64,000 nt of DNA from Octopus sinensis. Its lineage: Eukaryota. The position numbers and the translations under genes are program-made. This document shows, one piece after another, positions 10,301 through 20,048 of the stretch; the stretch's first letter is position 1, and each line of letters opens with the position of its first letter. The stretch spans positions 56,420,001 through 56,484,000 of the forward strand of contig NC_043012.1 of assembly GCF_006345805.1 (NCBI RefSeq), read 5' to 3'. The notes under the pieces are model-generated. The model was not told the origin of the DNA. It saw only the letters and a program-made list of their open reading frames with translations, and did no database searches.

Positions 10301-13300
10301 AACACTCATGCTGGTGCCATGTAAAAAGCATCCAGTATACTCTGTAATGTGGTTGGTGTTAGGAACAGCATCCAGCTGTAGAAATCATGCCAAAACAGAA
10401 ACGATTGGATATTGGTGCAGTTCTCTGACTGGCCAGCTCCTGTCAAACCATCCAACCCATGCCAGCACAGAAAACGGATGTTAAACAATAATGATGTGCC
10501 GGTGGCACATAAAAAGCACCATCCGAACATGGCCGATGCCAGCGCCGCCTTGGCTGGCTTCCGTGCCGGTGGCACGTTAAAAGCACCAACCGATCGTGGC
10601 CAATGCCAGACCACCCTGGCACCTGTGCAGGTGGCACGTAAAAAGCACCCACTACACTTGCAGAGTGGTTGGCGTTAGGAAGGGCATCCAGCTGTAGAAA
10701 CACTGCCAGATCAGACTGGAGCCTGGTGCAGCCCCTGGCTTCCCAGACCCTGGTCGAACCGTCCAACCTGTGCTAGCGCGGAAAACGGACGTTAAACGAT
10801 GATGATGATATTTCTGTTTGAAAGCACAGGTTTATCGGCTTACTTGCCAATATGTACATCTTCAGACAATATATGTTGATGACTGAAATACACAATCATA
10901 GGCATAGCTGTGTGGTTAAGAAGTCCACATTGTAACCATGTGGTTTTGAGTTCAGTCACAGAATGTGGCACTTGTTCAAAGTAACATGCAGTGGGATTAT
11001 AGCCCTGAGCTGACCAACGCATTGTGAGTGAATTTGGTAAAGAGAAACTGTGCAATAAGGCGGCAAGCTGGCAAAATCGTTAGCGTGCTGGGTGAAATGC
11101 ATAATGGTATTTCATCTGCCGTTACGTTGTGAGTTCAAATTCCGCCGAGGTTGACTTTGCCTTTCATCCTTTCGGGGTCGATAAATGAAGTACCAGTTAC
11201 ACACTGGGGGTTAATGTAATCAACTTAATCCCTTTGTCTGTCCTATTTTGTCCTCTCTATGTTTAGCACCTTGTTGCAATAAAGAAATAAGAAACTGTGC
11301 AGGATCCATTATATGTGTATGTGTGTGTGTGTGTTTGCCTCTTATTGCTTGACAACCAGTGTGGGTTTGTTTATGTACCTACTCAGCAAACAAGAAAATT
11401 GCAGCAAAGCTGCATGAAAGTGGTGTCAGATGTGGCATGTAGACCATCATATAACTTGTTTGATGTTGCGTTTTTATTCTTCACTTCCATCTTGTGAATT
11501 CAGTGTGCACATATATATTGCATGTTTATACTTCTTTTTCCAGTTCCTACTCGAAACTGTTAACAGATCACAACCATCTCACAAACCTGCGTTTGTGTGG
11601 AGTGCTTCTTGCTCTATTGTCTGTAAAAAAAAAAGAGACCAACAGAAGTACCGGACAAATATGTCTTCAAAATGGTGCCCCAGCATGGCCGCAGTCCAAT
11701 GACAGAAACAAATGAAAGTATATATACATATATACTTTCAAAATGTGACCTCGTGTGTATATATACTTTTCAAAATGTGACCTCGTGTGTACCGTTGGCG
11801 ATTTTTTTTCCTCTGTCTTCCCTTCTGTTTCCGACGAAGAGCTCCGCTCAAAACGTTAATCCCTCCTTCTTTCCTGAGCGTCCAATAATACTATATTTGT
11901 TCCACGTCCTTGCGTTGTTGTGCTTTTTTGTGTTTTCTTGTTTGGATTAACTATATATACATATATATACATACATATGCACACATACACACACACACAT
12001 ATATATAAATATATGTGTGTGAGTTTAGAGGGATATATTATCTGGGCGGATACTGTGGTAGCTCTCAGTTATGTTCCAGGTTATGGTTAACTGAACTGAT
12101 TAGTATTTAACATCTATGACTACTAGGAATTGTCACTCATGCTATAAATTCCTCCAATGGATAATTCCATGTTCACTTCACTGGATGGTAGTATTATCTC
12201 TGGAGAGTATATATTTGCAATAATTATAACAACAGAGAATATCGAGACTGGTACATCCTCAAAATTTACTTCTGTATAGTGACAACATGTGCAGGTCAAT
12301 ATAACTATAAAAATATGCTGTATAACACTGTAAAATAAATTTTGAAGATGTACCAGTCTCCACATTCTCTATTATCATAATTATTGCAAATATATACATC
12401 ATCATCATTTAATGTCCATTGTCCATGCTGGCATAAGTTGGATGGTTTGACCAGGATTGGTAAGCTGAGGGGTTGCACCAGACTCCAGTCTGATTTGGCA
12501 TGATGAGTGCCCTTCCTAATGCCAACCACTTTGAGAGTGTAATGGATGCCTCTATGTGCCAGTTGCGTGACACCATATATGTATGTGTATATATATATAT
12601 ATATATATATGAAAGAAAAAAGGTGTTCAGAATGCTGGATGGTTGTAAAAATATATATTTATTTACATATCACATATTATTTCTTCATATTAGCGCTTTC
12701 ACTCCTGTAGTTTCATCAGAAATCTGATGCATTAAATCTGTACATCACCTCCAATCCTTCTAACACACACACACATATATATATATAATCAATAATAATA
12801 AAGGGTAAAATTAATTAATAATTAATAATTTTACCAAGTAGTTTGGTATGTTAAAAGAACCATTATCAGTAACCTTATACCGAAATTCTATAATTATAAT
12901 TATGCTTATAATTATAGAGTTTTGGTATATACATATATTCAATATGTGCATCCATTGATCCAAATACTTTTTTTTTCTTTCCTCATTCCTTTCTATAGAA
13001 GAGCATAGGCTTGAAGCATCAAATACTCCTCTGTTTGTTCTGAGAGTGAAACTAATAATACACCTTACTAGTTGTCTCTTACCTGTCTCTGTCTTTTGTT
13101 TTTTAATACCATTTCAAACCATATATATATGTATATATATATATATACACACACACATACAATCACACATATCATCCCTGCAACATTAAGTTTGGCACTT
13201 TAAATGAGACACTATTAGAAACACTAGCCAAATTTCACCTAAATCATACCCTGCCATCTTAAAAGAGAGAGGAAGGCATATTGGCTAATGTGTAGTTTTA

Positions 13301-16178
13301 GTTATCCATCAAAAAAACTAGATGGAATGTCTTTGTTTATAGAACTGTTTGATAAGGAGTGAATTGGGGTTAACAAACACAATATAAAACCACTAATGTG
13401 CTCTGAATGATGAATGTACTTACTGGCAACAGCTTCTTCTATCTGACGACCCTCAACTTTCTGAAATATTAAAAAAAAAAGGAGAAAATATTGAAAAATA
13501 CATTTATAATGAAATGAAACTTGAGATAGTAATAATAATAATGGTTTCAAATTTTAGCACAAGACCAGCAATTTCGGGGGAGGGAATATGTCAGTTACAT
13601 TGGCCCCAGTACTCAACTGGTAATGTTGACCCCAGCAGAAGGTAAACTTAGAATATAAGATGGACAAATGCCGCTAAGTATTTTGCCCAGTGTGTTAACA
13701 ATTGTGCCAGCTCACCACCTTAGTAACAGTAATAGTAACAGCTTCAACTTTTGGCACAAAGCCAGTAATTTTTTTTTAGGGGTTGGGGTTTAGTCAACCA
13801 CATTGACCCCAGTACTGAATAGGTACTTCAAAGGATGAAAAGCAAAGTTGACTTCAGTAAAATTTGAACTCAGAATGTAAAGAGCCAGAAGAAATGCCAC
13901 TGAACATCTTGCTGATGATTCTGCCAGCTGGCCACTTTCAGAATGTGGGTCAACCCACTTGCCATAATCCTCAAGCTGGAAGTCTTCCAAAATAGGTCAT
14001 TCAGTTGATTTTCACTGCTGTCCAGAATTTCTCCAAGAATGTGCTCTTGCCTAGCAACAATTCTCCATAGAATGAATAGGTTGAAATATCAATGGCCACA
14101 TTGTCCAACTGATAGGAAACTGTTGTGGCGGCACAAGCAGCCAGCGCCATATTGGATGAGATCTTGCGGCAACCATTGCCACCTTCGAGACTGAAGCGAG
14201 ACCTCACCTGCATCCATTTGCCATGTGCGAGATCACAATGAGGTTCGCGATGGAAAACTATATAAAGGGAAAACCTGATTTAGACCTCTCTCTTTTTGGC
14301 ACCACTTTGTGAACACCATCACTGGCTGGTCCTGTTTGTAGGTTAATGGAGCTACTACACAACACACAGAGCTTAAGATGGTTGATGAGAGCAGCACACT
14401 TCACCTATCCTGTAAAACCTGTAAATAAACTAGTTGTAAATAGCATTTGTACTTGAAGTCTTCTCTCTTCGCCTGTCGGAAGCCTGAACTACATGAACAA
14501 CAAAAAGATGATGGAAGGAGACGATATTCTTCTCATATCATAAACCTTGCCTTCCATTATACTGTGGAATGCCTAGCAACATTTCAGAAGCTCAGGGCTT
14601 AATCTAGATTTTCACACCAACTAATAACACAAAGCAGTTTGGTCTATTCTCTAAAAACTATACTACTATGGAAAAAGTTGTTTAGGTATGGGATAAAAAG
14701 AATTGACTTCCATCAAGCATGCTAGTGAATCAGGTGGCATATACAAGAGCATGTCCTACAACTACACTAGGTAAAAGTGTGACTGGTTTACAAAGCTTCT
14801 GCAATTAAAATAAACTTGTTCTCTTCTCCCTACATCAGTTGTGCATGAATTCTTGAAGAGGATGATGGCCTGTGAGATGACATGTGTCTTGGTCTGAGAC
14901 TATTGTTGACTATTAATAACAATCAATGTGACACAATAATTTTCAGTATACTTTTGAATCTCTTTCGAGTACCCCACTGCACCTGTGTCTATAGACAGTT
15001 CATCACACAAAAGTCTAAAGTCAGTATCACGAAAATATATTTCTAGTTGCTTGAACCAGTGAGGAAGCCTCTACGTGGTTACTCGACTTGTTAGAAACAG
15101 CAGCCAACTCACCTTCATATCACAAATTGCCGTTTTATAATGCAGTCCTGAATTAATTGAACCAACGACAAAAGTGACATGTCATCGTTGGAATGCCATT
15201 GATCATGGGTCTACTTGATCAAATCTGAGTTGGGGGGCTAAACAACAACAAAACTCTAGGAATTAGTGTGTGTAGAGCGGCGAGCTGGCAGAAACGTTAC
15301 AGGAATTAGTGTGTGTAGCCTGGCAGCATTACAAATTAACTAATGTGGCATCAATCCTTGTAATATTCCCTTTTTTTTTTTTTTTTTGTAATAGCCTTCC
15401 GTGTTAACGATGAAGTTTAGTTTAGTATGTACTAAATAGTACTCTGAAAAGTGTTAGTGGTAACACTCAATATACAGTGATGCCCAAAATTATACAAGAA
15501 ACTTGTCAACACGGGAGCCTTGTGTTTTTGTAGAGATTATGAGATAAATTGAAATAAAAATGTAATGATATTTTAAATTATAAATCGATCGTTTTTATCA
15601 CTGACAGTTTTAAACACTATCAGTCCCCGCAACCTAGAGTCATTCAGTTCAATAAGCACAATCCGATTTCTCTAATCAATACACATGCGATTTTCCGAAC
15701 AATACGAAATCACTGTGGTCGCTCGATCTGCTAGAAATCTTTGCGAAATCTCTTATAGGTCACATTTAAAGAAAAGATAGTTTACATTAAATAATATAGT
15801 CTTCGATATAAAACAGGGTAGTAACGCTAAGGAAAATTTGAACACCTTTCTTCCAGAATAGGTGTTTAGTCGCAGTTGTTTTACCTACACGCAGCAATGG
15901 TTTTAAATAATTCATTGTTCTATGTCCAGGTCCCATATACTCGAAGAAGATGATAAAAGAAACCGATCTCGTCACTATTCGCAGTGGTTGGTAATAGAAC
16001 TAATATTGGAATGACTCAGACTGGAAACAAAAACTAGTCATCAGAATTGGAAGACATAATATATAGAAACGTTAAGAGATGACTTAAATAAATGTGATCA
16101 AAAAGAAAAACTACGATGTTTATGGATAGGACATTATCGACTTACCAATTCTAGTACCTGTGCCCGTGCATTCATCAT
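4235..16178 (-). CDS. ATG101: Autophagy-related protein 101 (HORMA domain), 5' partial spliced CDS, 5 exons
   Basis: Exons 16146-16178, 13424-13460, 8782-8822, 7194-7274 and 4235-4333 join in frame to (M)[96 protein letters not shown]. This is colinear with human ATG101 as recalled ([74 protein letters not shown]...GQ). All introns are GT-AG. Confidence 0.95.
4638..5030 (+). mobile_element. Family A SINE
   Basis: Same head, microsatellite and tail layout as 17133-17598. Confidence 0.85.
5390..5695 (-). mobile_element. Family C tRNA-derived SINE
   Basis: The minus strand begins GGAGATGCAATGGCCCAGTGGTTAGGGCAGCGGACTCGCAGTCGG...GGTTTCAATCCC (A/B boxes), followed by a body with CTGCGATGGCCTGGCGTCCTGTCCAG. 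Confidence 0.85.
6345..6547 (+). mobile_element. Family D repeat (RTE 3' tail) ending in (GAT)n
   Basis: GGCACACAAAAGCACCCACTACACTCTCGGAGTGGTTGGC...GGACGTTAAACGATGATGAT. Confidence 0.85.
6993..7090 (+). mobile_element. RTE-clade LINE fragment (RT C-terminus)
   Basis: Translates PRKTWKEVVEADLKSLKLTNEMT, the RTE GRPRKTW...V..DL motif. Confidence 0.7.
7194..7274 (-). CDS. ATG101: ATG101 coding exon 4 (81 bp, phase 0/0)
   Basis: Encodes [27 protein letters not shown]. Acceptor TTTCAG; donor GTAAGT. Confidence 0.95.
8782..8822 (-). CDS. ATG101: ATG101 coding exon 3 (41 bp, phase 1/0)
   Basis: Encodes (S)[13 protein letters not shown]. Acceptor TTGCAG; donor GTAAGT. Confidence 0.93.
9231..9586 (+). 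mobile_element. Family A SINE
   Basis: Matches the family A consensus from head to tail. Confidence 0.85.
9835..10175 (-). mobile_element. Family C-headed SINE with a different 3' body
   Basis: Minus strand GGTGTATGGCTCAGTGGTTAGAG...GAGTTCGAATCCC followed by GTGTTCTTGAGCAAGACACTT. Part of its tail recurs at about 31650-31750. Confidence 0.8.
10205..10809 (+). mobile_element. Two tandem family D elements with modular GTGCCACATAAAAAGCAC units
   Basis: About five 25-nt modules, then the D core and GATGAT; a second element with longer modules, core and (GAT)n. Confidence 0.8.
11055..11289 (+). mobile_element. Family B SINE (B1) nested in a family A SINE
   Basis: 12-bp TSD AGAAACTGTGCA at 11043-11054 and 11290-11301. 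Confidence 0.88.
11720..11955 (+). mobile_element. Penelope-like terminal repeat with a degenerate hammerhead core
   Basis: CCGACGA-A-GAGC-TCC-GCTC-AAAAC-GTT at 11831-11857; ends in AAC-(TA)n. Homologous to 12965-13115, 36888-37051 and 60940-61095. Confidence 0.55.
12207..12397. repeat. Inverted repeat with 62-bp arms (56/62 complementary) and a 67-nt spacer
   Basis: Arms 12207-12268 and 12336-12397, aligned by hand. Confidence 0.9.
13424..13460 (-). CDS. ATG101: ATG101 coding exon 2 (37 bp, phase 0/1)
   Basis: Encodes [12 protein letters not shown] plus 1 nt. Acceptor TTTCAG; donor GTAAGT. Confidence 0.93.
14124..14493 (+). mobile_element. Solo-LTR-like element
   Basis: TGTGG...CTACA termini, TATATAAA at 14259, AATAAA at 14424. 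Its first ~140 nt are homologous to 57403 onward. No TSD found. Confidence 0.5.
15258..15318 (+). repeat. 18-bp perfect direct repeat enclosing a 25-nt family B SINE 5' head
   Basis: AGGAATTAGTGTGTGTAG [AGCGGCGAGCTGGCAGAAACGTTAC] AGGAATTAGTGTGTGTAG. Confidence 0.9.
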
Positions 16179-16900
16179 GGACAGCAGATAATACGTGAGA
16201 GAATGTTGGTTAATTAGTCACTCACGACGTAGCCATTATGAGATAACAACAGTAAACAGTAGGTACGAAGAAAATGTTATTTTCAGTTTAATAATTTTTT
16301 TTGTAACTTTATATATGAAACATATTTTGGAAAAAATTACGATATTATTTTAAATATAAAATTATTGTATGAATTTTGAATTTTGTAATCATTTCATTTC
16401 TCGTAAATAATTGAACATATGAGAATGTTAAAATGTATACAGACAGTTCGCTTATGCAGATTGTCATAAAGTCCGTAAAATAATTATAATAATAAAGAAG
16501 TAAAATCGTTAAAACAAAATTGTAAAAGTAACATATTTTGCTTAAAAATAAACGAGAATAATCATTTACAATTGTTTTTAAGGGTCATTTCCTGAATAGT
16601 ATTGAATAAAACTGCTTCTTTTACGAAACTAAGAAATACATTATATTAGTAAGTATGAGAGTTCGTTATATAATATAAAATAGACCATCGTTTAAATATC
16701 TAATACTAAAGGTTCAATGAATTCTAAAAAGCTTTGAAGTAAATCAATAAAAATAGAAAGTTAGGATACATTGAATGCAGTAGATCATTTGTTTTTGTCT
16801 TAGTTATTATCTGCTAGTCTATCAGGCGTTTACATTCATCGTCTGCTACTGGAGGACGACTATATCTTTCGTCCTTCCCCTTTTACTTGTTTCAGTCATT
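15580..16900 (-). promoter_or_regulatory. CpG-retaining, SINE-poor region around the ATG101 start (probable promoter/first exon)
   Basis: CpG dinucleotides are visibly denser here than in flanking unique DNA, and A/B/D repeats are absent. The region surrounds the start codon. No TSS can be determined. Confidence 0.45.
16146..16178 (-). CDS. ATG101: ATG101 first coding exon (tandem ATG [14 protein letters not shown])
   Basis: Reads ATG ATG AAT GCA CGG GCA CAG GTA CTA GAA TTG|GTAAGT and matches [10 protein letters not shown]. The second ATG (16175) has A at -3 and is the likelier start. Confidence 0.9.
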
Positions 16901-17132
16901 GCGGCCATGCTGAGGAACCACTCTGAAGGGCTAAGGCGGAAAAATCGACCCCAGTATTAAATTTTATTTTGGTCAAGTCAGTTTGGTTTTGGGTTCACAA
17001 GTTCTTCAGCCAAGCTGTGGTCAAGTTATGAGTCATAATTTGCTTGAAGATCAGTGCATCCACTGGCGAAATTCAGAGTAGTAAGAGACTGACTTGACCA
17101 AAATATGATGTAATATGATATAATATGATATA

Positions 17133-17294
17133 GGCGCAGGAGTGGCTGTGTGGTAAGTAGCTTGCTTACCAACCACATGGTTCCTTGTTTAGTCACACTG
17201 TGTGGCACCTTGGGCAACTGTCTTCTACTATAGCCTTGGGCCAACCAAAGCCTTGTGAGTGGATTTGGTAGACGGAAACTGAAAGAAGTCCGTC

Positions 17295-17356
<62 letters not shown>

Positions 17357-17598
17357 GTGTGTATGTTTGTGCGTCTGTGTTTGTCCCCCCAACATTGCTT
17401 GACAACCGATGCTGGTGTGTTTACGCCCACGTGACTTTGCGGTTCGGCAAAAAGAGAATGATAGAATAAGTACTAGGCTTACAAGGAATAAGTACTAGGC
17501 TTACAAAGAATAAGTCCTGGGTCAATTTGCTCGACTAAAGGCGGTGCTCCAGCATGGCCGCAGTCAACTGACTGAAACAATTAAAAGAGTAAAAGAGT
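17133..17598 (+). mobile_element. Family A SINE, full length
   Basis: GGCGCAGGAGTGGCTGTGTGGTAAG head, long (TA)n, internal duplication of AATAAGTACTAGGCTTACAA, AAAAGAG tail. TATGATA flanks both sides. Confidence 0.9.
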
Positions 17599-17826
17599 AT
17601 GATACAATGTGTGTGTGTATTTGTGTGTGTGTGTATTTAGAAGGTTGTTTGTTATGGCCAGTCAAAGAGTGACCATTGGTTTAATACCTATACAGCTATG
17701 AACTTTACAGATGCAAAACCAGTGGTCACTTTTTGAACAGTCATAATAAAGAACATTCTAAATATTCTTACTCTAATGCTTTAGAGTGTGCTTCTTTTTC
17801 AGATATATGTACTACTGACCAATATG

Positions 17827-17866
<40 letters not shown>

Positions 17867-18224
17867 TGTTGGATAAAATTTTTTTTCGGGAAAAAAAATT
17901 TCATCAATGGCCAGCATATCAAAAAATACCTTTAAAGGTTAAATTTATAAATAATTTACAATATAAGGGCAAAAGAAAAATTCTAATGCCAAATATGCTG
18001 AAAAAAAGACAGAAATTGTCAATTAACCATTATAATTTATGCGTCTCGAAACAAACCAATAGAAATTTCTAAAAAATTTGTTATTACCGTATTGGACCAA
18101 TTTCGGAGTTAATTCATAAGAATTTTCTCCTCTTCAGCGGCAAATACGCGAGATATAAGTGAAATACTCACTCCTACCCACGGAAAAAGCAAACACCAAG
18201 TCCCGAGCAGACATATATATATGT

Positions 18225-18512
18225 GGAGGCGCAATGGCCCAGTGGTTAGGGCAGCGGACTCGCAGTCGTAGGATCGTTGTGTGTGTTTATTGAGCGAAAA
18301 CACCTAAAGCTCCACGAGGCTCTGGCAAGGGGTGGTGATCCTTGCTGTACTCTTTCACCACTCTTTCTTTCACTCTTTCTTCTGTTGGCCTGCTCGCTTA
18401 GCCAGTGGGGTGGCGTCATTCAAAGGCTAAAACAATGCGTACACATTGTGACTAGCGATGTGTAACAACATCTGATGGTCTGGGCGGTCACGTGATTACG
18501 TGATATATATAT
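18225..18512 (+). mobile_element. Family C SINE with the B-box segment deleted, inserted in (TA)n
   Basis: GGAGGCGCAATGGCCCAGTGGTTAGGGCAGCGG... joined directly to TTGTGTGTGTTTATTGAGCG. Confidence 0.8.
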
Positions 18513-18687
18513 ATATATTTCCTTCAGGGTGAATTGGTAGCCATGGAGCTAGTCACAGTAGTTAAGTGGTGTGAACCAAATCCTGTCTCGTTCCAGCATA
18601 GTGTAGCATCGCCATGTGGTGGCAGCTTGGGATAGCTGTGAGAGCGCATCCATTCTGTTTGACTGTCAGCTTTGAGAGAGAGCAATA

Positions 18688-18807
18688 CGCGGGAAGTTTT
18701 GCTGCTGCTAGTTCTCTGCGCATGCGCATGAGGGAATGTCTAGCAGGCCTCCCGGAAGAATCCAACTCTGCACATGCGTGCTGAAGACTTCCAAAATGGT
18801 CACTACA
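18688..18807. promoter_or_regulatory. Cluster of NRF1-, ETS-, E2F- and YY1-like motifs
   Basis: TGCGCATGCGCA 18717-18728, CCGGAAG 18752-18758, GCACATGCGTGC 18770-18781, GCGGGAAG about 18688, CAAAATGG about 18792. Confidence 0.4.
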
Positions 18808-19879
18808 CCTTTCACTGCAAAAATAGGCCTAAAAAAAAATTCTACACCCAGAGTTGTGTAAATATGATAATTAACTCAATACCAGATTGGTGTTACTGAA
18901 AAATCTTGATTTAGATAACTAACTTATTGTGTTTATAACAATATAATAAACATTAACATAACTCTTCCTTGTTTTATTTTCTCCTATCTCTGATCATTAC
19001 TTCTCTCATACTAAAACTTGTTACCTTTTCTTCCTTCTTGGCTGTTTTGCTGTCATTCTGTCCAGGTACAAGAAATATAAATAACAATCAAAGCCAATAC
19101 AAGGTTATTTACCTTTTAAAGTGTAACAATCATACATATGCTGTTGTGTCTGGGGAGAGGCATTTTCTTTTTGTGCCTTACAATGTAACACACTCACCGG
19201 TAAAATTTCCACTTTTTTTCTTATTTTTATTTTCCTTCATATAAAGAATCTTGCAAACCAAATCCAAAAACAAAATCATACATATGTTATGACCAGCAGA
19301 ATGTTATTTCTAGATGCTAAAAGTGTCAGAATTGGTGGAGTAGGTTTAGAACCAAACACTTATTTAATTGGTCATTGAGCACTAGTAGCTTACATAACTA
19401 ATCAGATTTAGGAAGAATATGTTATCATGGATGATAAACGTGAATAAGGCAGCAAACTGGCAAATCATTAGATCATCAGATAAAAATACTTCATGTTTTT
19501 TCTGCTTTTTTGCTTTCTGAGTTCGAATCAAGTAATGGCCAATCCTGAGGTCATTTCTCTTCCTTATCCTCCTTTCTCTTTTTTACTTCTATCTCTCTCT
19601 TTCTAGAAGAAATCGGTTGTAGTCAGATCTGGAGAAGAATGGGCCAAAGCAAGACAAGGAAAACACAGGAATGAAAATTTGAGTTGTTTAGTCAATGAAC
19701 TACTTGGTAGTTTTCGATATTTTCTTAACATCTGACCATGAATATGAACAGACGCTTTGTAAGCATGCGTGTATGTATGAATGTATGTATGTGCGCTGTG
19801 TGTGAGTTTCAATGAATCTATCTGCCCATCTGTCTGTCTATTTAACTATCTCTACAGACAGACAGTAGGCAAGCAGGCA

Positions 19880-19902
19880 GACAGATAGACGGACACACAG
19901 AC

Positions 19903-19939
<37 letters not shown>

Positions 19940-19989
19940 CATACATACATACATACATACATACATACATACATACATACATAGATAGG

Positions 19990-20047
<58 letters not shown>

Positions 20048-20048
20048 C
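19880..20048. repeat. Compound (GATA)n(CATA)n(GATA)n microsatellite
   Basis: Read directly from the sequence. Confidence 0.95.

Noticed and set aside
14850-15060. Minus-strand WFKQLEIYF..IDTGAV resembling Gypsy gag/protease
   Set aside because: The motifs are too short and too close together, the frame is closed by stops, and the orientation is opposite to the neighbouring LTR-like element. Needs an HMM search.
17133-17210. tRNA genes
   Set aside because: A/B-box sequences here and elsewhere run into SINE bodies and lack a complete cloverleaf; they are SINE heads.
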